From assembly GCA_965219995.1 (NCBI GenBank), contig CBDCOX010000002.1, forward strand, positions 1,728,001 through 1,792,000: DNA of 64,000 bases. The letters are read 5' to 3'. Below the pieces are notes generated by a model, which ran no database searches, was not told the DNA's origin, and saw only the letters and a list, made by a program, of their open reading frames with translations. This stretch comes from Candidatus Latescibacterota bacterium (GTDB lineage Bacteria; Latescibacterota; UBA2968; GCA-2709665). Shown one piece after another: positions 9,641-22,533 of this stretch. The position numbers and the translations under genes are program-made. How positions within the stretch are numbered: position 1 is the first letter of the stretch; each line of letters begins with the position of its first letter.

Positions 9641-12280
9641 TCAGGTTGATTCTCTTCCGTCCAGTTCCCGCTTCCACCGATCCAGAGCAGCCAGAGCCTG
9701 GAGCGGTGTGGTATTGCCCACGTCCAGATCGCGCAATTCGGTGAGGACCGGATCTTCAGGGGCACGGGCGAACAGATTCATCTGCCCGTTCGCGGCGGCG
9801 GATTCACGAACCGTCGACGGGGTCGTTTCTTTCGTGGCCGGCGTCAAATCGTTCTCCTCCAGCCTGCGCAGCACGTCTCGGGCCCGCAAGACCAGTTCGC
9901 GGGGCATTCCGGCAAGCCGCGCCACCTCGATGCCATAGCTGTGGTCACACCCACCCGGCACCAGCCGGTGCAGAAACGTCACGTTGTCGCCCTCCTTCCT
10001 CACCGCGACGCTGTAATTCTTCACCCTCGGCAGTAACTCCTCGAGTTCCGTCAATTCGTGATAGTGCGTTGCGAACAACGTGCGAGGTTGCAGTGCCGCG
10101 GTGTTGTGCAGATATTCCGTCATCGCCCAGGCGATGCTCAGCCCGTCAAACGTACTGGTACCGCGCCCGATTTCATCCAGAAGCACCAGGCTCCTGGGGG
10201 TGGCGTTGTTCAGGATATTGGCCGCTTCGTTCATCTCCACAAGAAACGTGGATTCGCCCCGGGCAAGGTTGTCAGACGCGCCGACCCGTGTGAAAATCCG
10301 GTCCACCACACCCACACGCGCGGCCCTCGCGGGAACGAAACTGCCCAGTTGCGAAAGCAGAACGATCAACCCGATCTGACGCAGCATCGTGGATTTACCG
10401 GCCATATTGGGGCCGGTAATAATCAGCACCTGGTCGTGTTCGCCATCCACGTGGAAGTCGTTGGGTACAAACTTGCCGGTAGGCAGCAACCCTTCGACAA
10501 CCGGATGGCGACCCTCCCGAATTTCGATTCCGGTAGAATCGTCCACCTTTGGCCGGACGTAGTCGTTGGACACGGCCACTTCTCCCAGACAGGCCAGCAC
10601 GTCTACGACGGCCACCGCACGCGCCGTGCGCTGTACCTCGTTCACCCAGGCCTCCACCTCGCCCCTGAGCTGCTGAAACAGCTCTTTCTCCAGTTCCTTC
10701 GCCCGTTCGTCGGCCCCCAGGATCTTCGCTTCCCACTCTTTCAGCTCAGGCGTAATAAAGCGCTCCGCGTTCACCAGGGTCTGCTTGCGCAGGTAGTCTT
10801 CCGGAGCCCTGTCCATATTCGCCTTTGTGATCTCGATATAATACCCGAATGCCTTGTTATACCCGACCTTGAGCGACGGAATACCGGTACGCTCTCTCTC
10901 TTTGGCCTGAAGTTCAGCCACCCACCGGCGGCCTCCGGAGGCTGCGTCGCGGAGCTCGTCCAGTTCCCGGCTATAGCCCTCCCTGATAACGCCCCCTTCG
11001 CTGAGCTGAAACGGCGGATCGTCCACCACCGTGCGCCCGATCAGGTCGATCAGGTCGATCAGGTCAAGCATCCCCTGACACCGCGCCTTTACCAGCAGAT
11101 CGACCGTGGACTCCTTCAGCGCGTCTCGAAGGCCGGGTATGGCCTGCAGCGACGCCTTGAGAGACACGAGATCCCTTGGACTGCAGCGTCCACAGCAGAT
11201 CCGGGACATCAGGCGCTCGAGGTCTCCCACCTGCTTCAGGCCTGAACGAAGCGACTCCCGACGCGCGGCTTGCGCTGCCAGGTCTTCAACGGCGTCCAGT
11301 CTCGCTTCGATCCTCGAAATATCGAGCAGCGGCCGAGACAGCCATGACCTCAGCGTTCGCGCGCCCATCGCGGTGCACGTGCGGTCCAGCAGGGACAGCA
11401 GGGTCCCTTCCCGCCGCCCCTCCTGTATTGACGTAATCAGCTCCAGGTTCCGCTGGGTCACGAGGTCGAGACCCATGTGCGCCCCGTCACGCTCCCGGGA
11501 GAGGCGGGTGACGTGAGAGACCGCCCCCTTCTGATTCTGTTTGAGATACCCCAGCACCGCCCCCGCCGCGCCGATGCCCACCGTCATCCGGTCGCAGCCG
11601 AATCCCTTCAACGAATTGACCCGGAAATGTTCCAGCAACAGATCGTGCGCATAGGCGAATCCGAAGTGCCAGTCTTCGGTTCGCACGAGCAACGTGCCCG
11701 GCAATCGATGCGCCATCGCAGCCTCATTCGCTTCGGCCCACGACTCGGGCGCGAGCACCTCCGCGGGACTGATTCCCTCAAGCACATCCCACAATTCGTC
11801 CGCATCCCGTTCGAGAGCGCGGAAATCACCGGTTGACAGATCCGTCACCGCGATGCCCAGCCGGTTTGACTCGACCCGGAGACCCGCGAGATAGTTGTTG
11901 CGTTTCTGGTCCAGCAGGTTGTCCGAGAGCGCCGTGCCCGGGGAGACCACCTGGACGACCTCGCGCCGCACGACCGGCTTGCCTTTCTGCGGCGCCTCCA
12001 TCTGTTCGCAGATGGCCACTTTGCGACCCGCCTTGATCAAGCGGGCAAGGTAGGTATCCAGTGCATGATGCGGCACGCCGGCCATCGGCACGCTTTTCCC
12101 GCCTCGGCCGTTGTTGCGGGAGGTCAGCGTCAGCCCGAGAAGGCCGGAAACCTCTTTCGCATCGTCGTAAAACGTCTCATAGAAGTCACCCATTCTGAAC
12201 AGCAGCACGGCATCTCTGTATTCGTCCTTGAAATGCAGATACTGTTCCATTGCCGGAGTGACATCTCTCGGGCGTGCCAT
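9641..12280 (-). CDS. mutS: DNA mismatch repair protein MutS
   Basis: TPAMEQY, GDFYE, GPNMAGKST, STFLVEM, DEIGRGTS, FATHYHEL. Confidence 0.98.
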   Translation of the reverse strand: MARPRDVTPAMEQYLHFKDEYRDAVLLFRMGDFYETFYDDAKEVSGLLGLTLTSRNNGRGGKSVPMAGVPHHALDTYLARLIKAGRKVAICEQMEAPQKGKPVVRREVVQVVSPGTALSDNLLDQKRNNYLAGLRVESNRLGIAVTDLSTGDFRALERDADELWDVLEGISPAEVLAPESWAEANEAAMAHRLPGTLLVRTEDWHFGFAYAHDLLLEHFRVNSLKGFGCDRMTVGIGAAGAVLGYLKQNQKGAVSHVTRLSRERDGAHMGLDLVTQRNLELITSIQEGRREGTLLSLLDRTCTAMGARTLRSWLSRPLLDISRIEARLDAVEDLAAQAARRESLRSGLKQVGDLERLMSRICCGRCSPRDLVSLKASLQAIPGLRDALKESTVDLLVKARCQGMLDLIDLIDLIGRTVVDDPPFQLSEGGVIREGYSRELDELRDAASGGRRWVAELQAKERERTGIPSLKVGYNKAFGYYIEITKANMDRAPEDYLRKQTLVNAERFITPELKEWEAKILGADERAKELEKELFQQLRGEVEAWVNEVQRTARAVAVVDVLACLGEVAVSNDYVRPKVDDSTGIEIREGRHPVVEGLLPTGKFVPNDFHVDGEHDQVLIITGPNMAGKSTMLRQIGLIVLLSQLGSFVPARAARVGVVDRIFTRVGASDNLARGESTFLVEMNEAANILNNATPRSLVLLDEIGRGTSTFDGLSIAWAMTEYLHNTAALQPRTLFATHYHELTELEELLPRVKNYSVAVRKEGDNVTFLHRLVPGGCDHSYGIEVARLAGMPRELVLRARDVLRRLEENDLTPATKETTPSTVRESAAANGQMNLFARAPEDPVLTELRDLDVGNTTPLQALAALDRWKRELDGREST
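11039..11065 (-). repeat. Perfect 9-bp x3 in-frame tandem repeat inside mutS (DLI x3)
   Basis: GATCAGGTC x3 on the + strand. Confidence 0.9.
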
Positions 12281-12292
12281 AAAGACGCTTCC

Positions 12293-13636
12293 TTAATCCT
12301 GCGCTTCGTGCCGCCGTTCTCCCTTGCCGATGTCCGTCAGACGGCCGATAACCCGGTCCGGACGCACGTCGGTCAGCCGCACGGGCGCGATGGAATTCTT
12401 CGCGCTATCGGGCCCCGGAGCGAATACACGGATGTAATTGTCGGTAACGCCCTGCAGATACCCTGTGCCCGGCTCGCGCCTGTCTTCGAAGAGCACGTGC
12501 ATCGTTCGCCCCGCAAAACGACGCCAGAAGGCTTCGGTTTTCCGCGCGCCCAGTGTCCTGAGCAGCGCGCCACGACGCTTCTTCACGGCAGCGTCCACCT
12601 CGCCGCCCATTCGCGCGGCAGCGGTGCCGCTGCGCGGCGAAAAGGGAAACACGTGCAGGAACGCCAGGGGACCCTTGTCGATCAGGTCGAACGTGTTGGA
12701 GAATGCCTCATCGGTCTCGCCCGGAAACCCGACCATCACGTCCGCGCCGATGCCTATCCCCGGCACGCTTTCCGCCAGTGTCTCGATCAACGAGAGATAA
12801 CGCGACCGCGTATAAGGCCTGCGCATCGATCTCAGAATCCCGTCGTCTCCACTCTGGAGCGGAATATGCAGGTGTCTGCAGAACCTGGACGAGGCGGAAA
12901 AGAAATCGACCATCGCATCGGTAATGAACGACGCTTCGATCGAACTCACCCTGAACCGCTGAAGGCCCTCTATCCGCTCGATGGCTTCAAACAGATCCAG
13001 CAGTACGGGACCGTCCAGGTCCGCGCCATAGTCCCCAATGTGTACGCCTGCGAGGACGACCTCCTTGTAACCGGCATCAACAAGCCGTTTCACCTGATCG
13101 AGACAGCTCTGCAGACTGCGGCTTCGGCTCCTGCCCCTGGCAAACGGTATAATGCAAAATGAGCAGAACTCGTTGCAGCCTTCCTGCACCTTCACGAACG
13201 CACGCGCCCGGCCGCCGAAGTTGAAGATATCCATTTCCTGAAACTCGGCGGTTCGACGCCGCGTGACGTAACTTCGACCGATGGAGCACGCATCGTTGAT
13301 CAGGTCCAACAGATGTGTCTTTTCCGCAGTGCCCACGACCAGATCGACTTCCGGCATATCGATCAGCACGTCGGGATCGGTCTGCGCGTAACACCCCATG
13401 GCCACGACCGTGCCTTCGGGCGAAATGCGATGCGCCCGGCGCAGCATCTGCCTTGATTGTGCGGCGCCCGTACCGGTCACCGCGCAGGTATTCACCACCG
13501 TCACATCCGCCGAGCGCCCAAACACCACTTCCCGGTACCCTTCGTGCATGAACTGCTCACGGTACCATTCCGTATCGTAGGTATTCAACTTGCAGCCCAG
13601 GGTATAGAACGATACGGTCTTGCCGCTTTTGTTCAT
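12293..13636 (-). CDS. mtaB: tRNA t6A37 methylthiotransferase
   Basis: TLGCKLN, VNTCAVT, CNEFCSFC radical SAM motif, HVFPFSPRSGT. Confidence 0.9.
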   Translation of the reverse strand: MNKSGKTVSFYTLGCKLNTYDTEWYREQFMHEGYREVVFGRSADVTVVNTCAVTGTGAAQSRQMLRRAHRISPEGTVVAMGCYAQTDPDVLIDMPEVDLVVGTAEKTHLLDLINDACSIGRSYVTRRRTAEFQEMDIFNFGGRARAFVKVQEGCNEFCSFCIIPFARGRSRSRSLQSCLDQVKRLVDAGYKEVVLAGVHIGDYGADLDGPVLLDLFEAIERIEGLQRFRVSSIEASFITDAMVDFFSASSRFCRHLHIPLQSGDDGILRSMRRPYTRSRYLSLIETLAESVPGIGIGADVMVGFPGETDEAFSNTFDLIDKGPLAFLHVFPFSPRSGTAAARMGGEVDAAVKKRRGALLRTLGARKTEAFWRRFAGRTMHVLFEDRREPGTGYLQGVTDNYIRVFAPGPDSAKNSIAPVRLTDVRPDRVIGRLTDIGKGERRHEAQD

Positions 13637-13799
13637 CTCACCCGTTCCTTGTATTCGCCGCACGGCTCCGGCCGGCCTGCCGCGCCACCCTTACCGGCCG
13701 TGTACGGCAAACGCCGGAAACCCATTCTCATCCATACAACAAAGAGTTGAGGACAACTCCCCAACTCTCTGTCTGCAGCGTACAGGCTGTCCCAGAATC

Positions 13800-15746
<1,947 letters not shown>

Positions 15747-15850
15747 GATACAGCGACCTCCTTGGCCGATTCGCAATAGACTGGTGTCCCGGATATGCAG
15801 CTCGGCGAAAAAATACGGGAAAATGCGGAGACCCGGGCTCCGCAGGAATC

Positions 15851-16552
15851 TTACCGGCGTTCAAACATGGATTCCGTCGCGGGCGGACCGGTAATCCGCC
15901 TGCGCGGCCTGAGGTTGCCTATACTGAGCATCACCTCGCTACTGATGGCGTGGTAGGCGGACCGCCGCCTGGCGGGCAATTCGGAAGGAATCACATATAT
16001 AGGTTTACCGAACCGCACTGTCACGTGGTCCAGACCGAACAGACTCGCCCAGATGTTGACCGTACCCGAAACAAAAACGGGAACCACCGGAACCCGCGCA
16101 CGGTAAGCCAACATGCCGACCCCGTCTTTGGGCGGCCTCAGCGTGGAAGTCTTGTTACGGGTCCCCTCCGGCGAAAGAAACATCGCGCCGCCGGCTTTCA
16201 GACACCCTTCGATACTCCGCAACGCACCACGGTCTCCACGAGACCGGTCGATTGGCAGTGCATTCAGCTTCCGAATCAGCCACCCGAGAATCGGAACGTG
16301 AAATGCTTCCTGCTTGGTAACATACGAAAGTTCCCGGCACGCCGCAACCCCGATAAATACGGGATCTGCGAAGGAGGCGTGGTTGCTGGCCAGGATGACG
16401 CCGCCACTGCGTGGTACGAAATGACGTCCGGCGACGCGCAGCCGGAACATGCAACTGCATGCTCCGGCGCCCAGCGTCCATATGAATCGATAGAGGTTAT
16501 TGCCCCGACGGCCGGTGTAGATGTCTGTCCGCATTGTAGACCCGTGGATCAT
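15851..16552 (-). CDS. plsC: 1-acyl-sn-glycerol-3-phosphate acyltransferase
   Basis: NHASFAD (HxxxxD) and PEGTR motifs. Confidence 0.9.
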   Translation of the reverse strand: MIHGSTMRTDIYTGRRGNNLYRFIWTLGAGACSCMFRLRVAGRHFVPRSGGVILASNHASFADPVFIGVAACRELSYVTKQEAFHVPILGWLIRKLNALPIDRSRGDRGALRSIEGCLKAGGAMFLSPEGTRNKTSTLRPPKDGVGMLAYRARVPVVPVFVSGTVNIWASLFGLDHVTVRFGKPIYVIPSELPARRRSAYHAISSEVMLSIGNLRPRRRITGPPATESMFERR

Positions 16553-17238
16553 TCTTCCTGTATTCCGCGCTCGCGGGCAAGTTCCACCACACGGGTTGCC
16601 TGCGCTTCGATACTCATGCCGGTGGTATCCACCGTGATTGCATCCGTCGCCGGCCAGGGTCCCGATCGCCTCTGGGTGGCCCGGTCGCGCGTGTCTCGTT
16701 CGCGGATCCGTCCCTTCAGTTCGTCCAGGTCTGTTGTGACGCCGCCATCGAGCAACTCACGTTGTCGGCGCCGCGCCCGCTCGGCGACGTCGGCCACAAG
16801 GAATATCTTCAGTTCGGCCTGCGGAAAAACTGCGGTGCCCGTATCCCGGCCCTCCAGTACGATACCGCCCTCGAGCCCCAACTCCTGCTGGCGCGCAACG
16901 AGTATCTTCCGAACCTCGGGGTGCACGGCCACCCGGGAGGCGGCGTCAGAAACATCCGCCGAACGGATCTCTCCGGTCACGTCCTCGCCGTCGATCAGAA
17001 CCCTCTGGCCGCCGTCCTCCAGGCGAAAATCAAAATCCACCGCGGCGGCGGTCCCGGCGGCCGCGGCTGCATCGTCAGGGCTGAGGCCCATACGAATCAG
17101 GGTCCAACCCAGAGCGCGGTACATGGCGCCGGTATCCAGATAGAGATATCCCAGCCTGTTGGCGACACACCGAGCCGTGGTACTCTTGCCCGACCCCGCG
17201 GGACCGTCGATAGCGATCACGATACCCCTGTTGCCCAT
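16549..17238 (-). CDS. cmk: Cytidylate kinase
   Basis: IAIDGPAGSGKST, YLDTGAMYRA, EGRDTGTAVFP. Confidence 0.95.
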   Translation of the reverse strand: MGNRGIVIAIDGPAGSGKSTTARCVANRLGYLYLDTGAMYRALGWTLIRMGLSPDDAAAAAGTAAAVDFDFRLEDGGQRVLIDGEDVTGEIRSADVSDAASRVAVHPEVRKILVARQQELGLEGGIVLEGRDTGTAVFPQAELKIFLVADVAERARRRQRELLDGGVTTDLDELKGRIRERDTRDRATQRRSGPWPATDAITVDTTGMSIEAQATRVVELARERGIQEE

Positions 17239-17247
17239 AGCAACCCT

Positions 17248-17922
17248 TCACCCCGATTGCGGATCGCCGGAGCTCTCATCCGGATTCCCCGCCTCGCCCT
17301 CGGGCCGGCCCATCGCCTGCAGGAACCCGCCCGGCGACGACACCGCCGCCGCCCTCTCGTCCAGCAGTTCATCCAACTCCCGGACCTTCGGCAGATCCGA
17401 CAGCGTCTTCAATCCGAAGTGCTTCAGAAAGTCCCGTGTCGTACCGTAAAGCAGCGGACGCCCGGGGGCGTCCGAACGACCGGCGATGCGGATCAATCCC
17501 TTCTCGAGCAGATGCCGCACCACCCCGTCCACCGACACCCCCCGAATGTGTTCCACCTCGGCCTTCATGACCGGTTGTTTGAACACGATGATGGCGAGCG
17601 TCTCCAGGGCTGCCGACGAAAGCCGGACCGGCGCCTTGTCCTTCAGGAGCCGTCGGATCCAGACGCCGTATTCCGAATGCACCGTGAACAGGAATCCACC
17701 GGCGATTTCGGCGATTTTGAAACTGCGGCCTGTCCGGCCGTACTGCTCATTCAATTCCTCAACGTACGCGCGCACGTCTCCCGTACGGGCCCCGTCAAGC
17801 AACGATGCGATCTGGCTGGCGCCGAGCGGTCTGTCAGACGCCATCAACAGGGCCTCCACGACGCCCTGATTCCGTGCATCTTGGTCCGAGGAAACCGGAT
17901 CCATGCCGTACGACTCGCCCAT
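17248..17922 (-). CDS. scpB: SMC-Scp complex subunit ScpB
   Basis: LSSAALETLAII, IRGV, GRPLLYGTT..FL..FGL. Confidence 0.95.
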   Translation of the reverse strand: MGESYGMDPVSSDQDARNQGVVEALLMASDRPLGASQIASLLDGARTGDVRAYVEELNEQYGRTGRSFKIAEIAGGFLFTVHSEYGVWIRRLLKDKAPVRLSSAALETLAIIVFKQPVMKAEVEHIRGVSVDGVVRHLLEKGLIRIAGRSDAPGRPLLYGTTRDFLKHFGLKTLSDLPKVRELDELLDERAAAVSSPGGFLQAMGRPEGEAGNPDESSGDPQSG

Positions 17923-18002
17923 CCCTTACTCGATTCGATCGAATTACGGGCGGACTGAATCCGCCCGGTACCCAATCCGCGCCGCCAATGACGGATACAC
18001 GG

Positions 18003-18806
18003 TTAACGACCGGACGCCGGTTCTGTACCAGGCTCCACTTCCTCTTCATCCCGCCTGTAAACCCAGATTTCACCGTCCGATCCGCTTTGCCTGGCAAGCG
18101 CCCGCCCGGTCTTGATCAGCTCGAGCAGGGCGATGAACGTGACAATGAGGACAATCCGCGGAAGACCGGCAACCAGATCCGAGAACGGTACCCGATGCCT
18201 CTTCTGCAGAATGTCCTCGACGACCTCCATTCGTTCTCCGGTCGTGACTTCCAGTTGATGTACCGCGTGGTAGTCCTCTTTGGGCGCGGCGATGAGCGCC
18301 GTTCGAAACGCCGACATCAGATCGAACAGACTCACCGAACCATAGGCTGCGAACGGGGCCTGATCGGGCTCGTCGATTTCACCGGTGTCCAGCGCGGCCC
18401 CCCGATAAAAGCTGTCCCGATGCAAATCCTGTTTGTCTTCGAGCCAGTTGGCCACTTCCTTGAACTGCTGGTATTCCAGCAGGCGCCGCACCAGCTCTTC
18501 CCTCGGATCCTCTTCCTCCTCATCCGAGTCGGGATCCGCCGGCAGCAACATACGTGACTTGATCTTCATCAGTGTGGCCGCCATAACCAGGAAATCACCG
18601 GCAGGTTCCAGATTGAGCGTCTGCATCATTTCCACAAACTCCAGAAACTGTCGTGTGACGTCTGCGATAGGAATGTCGTAGATGTCGACTTCGTCCTTGC
18701 GAATCAGAAACAGAAGCAGGTCCAGCGGCCCTTCGAAGACGTCCAGCTTCACGCCGTACGCATCGTCGCCGGCACTCCCCTGTACTGCCGCGGATTCGGC
18801 ATTCAT
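18003..18806 (-). CDS. scpA: Segregation/condensation protein A
   Basis: FEGPLDLLLFLI, FLVMAATL..IKSRMLLP. Confidence 0.95.
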   Translation of the reverse strand: MNAESAAVQGSAGDDAYGVKLDVFEGPLDLLLFLIRKDEVDIYDIPIADVTRQFLEFVEMMQTLNLEPAGDFLVMAATLMKIKSRMLLPADPDSDEEEEDPREELVRRLLEYQQFKEVANWLEDKQDLHRDSFYRGAALDTGEIDEPDQAPFAAYGSVSLFDLMSAFRTALIAAPKEDYHAVHQLEVTTGERMEVVEDILQKRHRVPFSDLVAGLPRIVLIVTFIALLELIKTGRALARQSGSDGEIWVYRRDEEEVEPGTEPASGR

Positions 18807-18810
18807 TTCA

Positions 18811-19314
18811 TCAATCCATAAAAAGATAAGGCCGCCAGCGCCTGTCGGGCACGCCTATCAACTGGCTGATGGACGTAACGGTACTGGGCCGGCGAGGTCG
18901 GCGCAGAAGATTGATGCCCGCCTGTTCCGGCGTCTGATTACCTTTGAGATTATTGCAGTGCAGACATGCGCAAACCAGATTCTCCCACGTGTCCCGTCCG
19001 TTTCCGGTACGCGGTACCACGTGATCGACGGTCATCGGACCCTTTCGGGTACCGCAATACTGGCACCGGTGACCGTCCCGCTTCAAGACGTTTTTCTTGG
19101 ACAATGCAAGTTGCTTGGGAGCAACACGGACGTAGAGCCCGAGTCGTACGACGCTGGGCACAGGAAACCGTTCGGAAACCGTCCGGACATACAGGTCCAG
19201 CGCTTCGATGACCTCTGCCCGCCCGCGAAATACGAGAACGATCGCCCGCCGTGCGCTGCACACCTGGATGGGTTCGTAACTCTGGTTCAATACCAGAACC
19301 GGCCGGTTCAGCAA
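18811..19314 (-). CDS. HNH endonuclease (McrA-like, widespread chromosomal family)
   Basis: VLVLNQSYEP, RDGHRCQYCG, TVDHVVP, WENLVCAC..CN; likely TTG start 19314. Confidence 0.9.
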   Translation of the reverse strand: MLNRPVLVLNQSYEPIQVCSARRAIVLVFRGRAEVIEALDLYVRTVSERFPVPSVVRLGLYVRVAPKQLALSKKNVLKRDGHRCQYCGTRKGPMTVDHVVPRTGNGRDTWENLVCACLHCNNLKGNQTPEQAGINLLRRPRRPSTVTSISQLIGVPDRRWRPYLFMD

Positions 19315-19446
19315 AGGTACACACCCCCTTTGTCTACTGCCCGGGGCAAAGAAGATCGAACGCCGTTGAAGTGGTCGGACGCATTGCGGTCGACCCGGCC
19401 CGCATGGTGTCGTCGGCAGACCGGACATGCGTTTTGGAACCGGGCA

Positions 19447-19833
19447 CTAAAACTCGTCGATAAGCTCGCCATAGGCCTGAGGACTCAGTAGCGTTTCGAG
19501 TTCGTCGTCACGGGTCATCCGAACCACGATCATCCAGCCCTCGCCATAGGGATCCGAGTTGATCGGAGCCGCGTCTTCGCCAAGTTCCTCGTGGACCTCG
19601 AGTACGACGCCGGTCACCGGCGCGTAAAGATCCTCCACGGTCTTCACCGCCTCGATCGTCCCGAAGGGCTCTCCCTGCTCGATCTCATCACCGGCTTCCG
19701 GCAATTCGGCAAAGACAATGTCTCCCAGTTCACCCTGCGCATAGTCGGTAATGCCTATCGTACCCCGTTCACCCTCGATACGAATCCACTCGTGCTCTTG
19801 CGTGTACAGGAGGCCTTCCGGAATCTCCGACAT
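19447..19833 (-). CDS. gcvH: Glycine cleavage system H protein
   Basis: HEW, GITDYAQ..LGDIV, EAVK lipoyl lysine, NSDPYGEGW. Confidence 0.95.
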   Translation of the reverse strand: MSEIPEGLLYTQEHEWIRIEGERGTIGITDYAQGELGDIVFAELPEAGDEIEQGEPFGTIEAVKTVEDLYAPVTGVVLEVHEELGEDAAPINSDPYGEGWMIVVRMTRDDELETLLSPQAYGELIDEF

Positions 19834-19927
19834 GATTGATGACTCCCGAAAGAAAGGTTGGTATCCCGGTCGGGTCGCCAGCCGACCGGTCAGTCATAAT
19901 CGAATGGAAACGGGCGGCGGCCGAGGC

Positions 19928-21286
19928 TCAGACCCCATACCCCAACCTGGCCACGAACTCCGTGTCGATCCGGCCCGTGCGGAAATCCGCGTGCCGCATC
20001 GCTTTGAGATGAAATGGAATGGTTGTCGGGATCCCCTCGATCACGAACTCCTCGAGCGCGCGGACCATACGTGCCGTTGCTTCCTCCCGTGTGTCTCCGT
20101 ACGCAAGCAACTTGGCGAGGAGCGAATCGTAGTGGGACGGCACACGATAGCCGGCATACGCATGCGAATCGATACGGATGCCCGGTCCGCCTGGCGCATG
20201 GAACGTGCTGATTTCCCCCGCGGACGGTCGGAAGTTGTGATCGGGATCCTCCGCGTTGATGCGGCATTCGATGGCGTGTCCAAATGGCTGGATGTCTTCC
20301 TGGGCAAACGGAAGCGACTCTCCCGCGGCGACCCGGACCTGAGTTTTTACCAGATCAATACCCGTCACCAACTCGGTAACGGGGTGCTCGACCTGAATGC
20401 GGGTGTTCATTTCAAGGAAATAAAACGCGCCGGACGCGTCCAGAAGGAATTCCACGGTTCCTGCGCCCGTATAACCGACCGCCCTTGCCCCCGCAACGGC
20501 TTCTTTGCCCATCCGCCGGCGCAGTTCCTCGTCGACCACGGGTGAAGGCGACTCCTCGATCAGCTTCTGATGACGCCTCTGGATGGAACACTCACGCTCA
20601 CCGAGATGCACGATATTCCCGGCCTGATCGCCCATCACCTGGATTTCCACGTGTCTGGGCGCCACAACTTCCTTTTCCAGATAGAGCGTGCCCGATGTGA
20701 ACGCCGCGGACGCCTCGGCCTGTGCCGCATTCCAGGCCCGTTCGAGGCCGTCCTCCGAATCCACGGTGCGCATGCCCCTGCCGCCGCCGCCGGCCACCGC
20801 TTTCAAGCGAATCGGGTATCCGATCTCTTCGGCGGCAAGCTCCGCCTCGTCAAGGGTTTGCAACACCCCCGTACCCGGGGCTACCGGCACGTCCGCGGCC
20901 AGCATCGTTTCCCGCGCAACGGCTTTGTCGCCCATTCGGCGAATGGCCTCCGGAGACGGTCCGATGAACACGATGCCGCATGATGCGCACATCTCGGCGA
21001 AATCCGCGTTCTCCGCCAATGGACCGTACCCCGGATGGATCGCATCGGCGTTGGTCACCTCGGCGGCGCTTAGAATTCGCGGAATGTTCCGGTAGCTCTG
21101 GTCTCCCGGAGGCGGCCCGATGCAGACGTCCTCGTCGGCAACCCCGATATGCAGCGAATTGGCATCGGCTTCCGAATGGATGGCAATTGTGCGGATGCCG
21201 AGTTCCTTGCATGCCCGGATGACACGCACGGCGATTTCGCCCCGGTCGGCAATTAGAATCTTATTGAATAAGTGAGTGGATGACAC
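19928..21286 (-). CDS. accC: Acetyl-CoA carboxylase biotin carboxylase
   Basis: [45 protein letters not shown]; likely GTG start 21286. Confidence 0.95.
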   Translation of the reverse strand: MSSTHLFNKILIADRGEIAVRVIRACKELGIRTIAIHSEADANSLHIGVADEDVCIGPPPGDQSYRNIPRILSAAEVTNADAIHPGYGPLAENADFAEMCASCGIVFIGPSPEAIRRMGDKAVARETMLAADVPVAPGTGVLQTLDEAELAAEEIGYPIRLKAVAGGGGRGMRTVDSEDGLERAWNAAQAEASAAFTSGTLYLEKEVVAPRHVEIQVMGDQAGNIVHLGERECSIQRRHQKLIEESPSPVVDEELRRRMGKEAVAGARAVGYTGAGTVEFLLDASGAFYFLEMNTRIQVEHPVTELVTGIDLVKTQVRVAAGESLPFAQEDIQPFGHAIECRINAEDPDHNFRPSAGEISTFHAPGGPGIRIDSHAYAGYRVPSHYDSLLAKLLAYGDTREEATARMVRALEEFVIEGIPTTIPFHLKAMRHADFRTGRIDTEFVARLGYGV

Positions 21287-21344
21287 GACTGATTCGGTGG
21301 GACGGCGGCGGAGCCGCCGCAGAGGTGAAAGAAGCGCCCTGGAA

Positions 21345-21818
21345 TTACAGCGGTTCGATGAGGAAAAGAGGCGTATTGTATTCGACCGGATTGCCGTTCT
21401 CGACAAGGATCCGGACCACCCGACCCTTTGCATCCGCTTCGATTTCATTCATAATCTTCATGGCTTCGATGATGCAGATCGTCTGTCCGACCGACACGAC
21501 GTCGCCCTCCTCCACAAAGGGCGGCGAATCCGGGTTGGGCGCACGATAAAACATGCCTACCATCGGCGAACTTATGCTGTGCAACCCTTCTGTCTCGTCC
21601 GGCTCGGCGGCAGCAGAACTCTCGCCGGCGTCGGCAGGCTGGGAAGCACCGGGCGCCTGCGCAACCGGCTGGACCGCGGCAGCACTGATTCCCGCGGCGA
21701 CACGAATTTTTCGAAGCCCCAGCACACCACGCTCGATTTCAATCTCCCGGACCTGGTCTTCTCCAACCAGTTCGATCAACCGCTGCAGGGTGTCCATCGA
21801 CGCTTTCGAGAGTTTCAC
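21345..21818 (-). CDS. accB: Biotin carboxyl carrier protein
   Basis: [15 protein letters not shown] biotinylation motif. Confidence 0.95.
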   Translation of the reverse strand: MKLSKASMDTLQRLIELVGEDQVREIEIERGVLGLRKIRVAAGISAAAVQPVAQAPGASQPADAGESSAAAEPDETEGLHSISSPMVGMFYRAPNPDSPPFVEEGDVVSVGQTICIIEAMKIMNEIEADAKGRVVRILVENGNPVEYNTPLFLIEPL

Positions 21819-21966
21819 GCGCGCTCCTTCGAAAAAACGACGGCGGGCAACGAACGTCCGGTTTCAGAAATGTGTACCAACTCGGCAATCCGTTTCCGGT
21901 TCAGTACACCATGGATCAGGACACATCGGCCGCGATGCCCCGATTCCGGGTTCCGACGTTTCAGGT

Positions 21967-22524
21967 TCAAACTCGCTCGACGTACGTCTCTGTTCGGGTA
22001 TCGATTTTCAAAACGTCGCCCCTCTCCACAAACAGAGGCACCTGGACCGAAGCTCCCGTTTCCAGCACGGCCGGTTTGCTTCCACCGCTGGCGGTATCTC
22101 CGCGCAGTCCGGGGTCCGTTTCCGTTACTGCAAGTTCGACAAAAATCGGCAGCGCGACGCTCACGGCGTTTTGCTCGGCGACCAGAATTTCGAGAATCTC
22201 GTTCTCTTTCAGATATTTGACCGCGTTTCCCATCACCTCCGGAGACAGTTCGTGCTGATCGTAGGTCTCGTTATCCATAAAACAGTAGAGATCTCCGGAC
22301 TGGTAGAGGAACTGCATCTTTCGCCGTTCCAGCCGAACATCGTCCACCTTGTCTCCTGAACGGAACGTCCTGTCTATCATTGCGCCCGTTTTCACACGCT
22401 TGAGACGTGTTCGCACGACGGCTGCGCCTTTGCCCGGTTTGAAATGTTCGAATTCGACCATATAATAGAGTTCGCCGTCCAGACGCAAGACCATGCCGTT
22501 TCTGAATTCAGACGTTGAAACCAT
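21967..22524 (-). CDS. efp: Elongation factor P
   Basis: KPGKG loop, PGLRGDTA, KPAVLETG. Confidence 0.97.
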   Translation of the reverse strand: MVSTSEFRNGMVLRLDGELYYMVEFEHFKPGKGAAVVRTRLKRVKTGAMIDRTFRSGDKVDDVRLERRKMQFLYQSGDLYCFMDNETYDQHELSPEVMGNAVKYLKENEILEILVAEQNAVSVALPIFVELAVTETDPGLRGDTASGGSKPAVLETGASVQVPLFVERGDVLKIDTRTETYVERV

Positions 22525-22533
22525 CGTTCCGAA

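Noticed and set aside
18811-19314. HNH nuclease as a defence or mobile gene
   Set aside because: It belongs to a common chromosomal family and is embedded in a housekeeping run with no defence partners.
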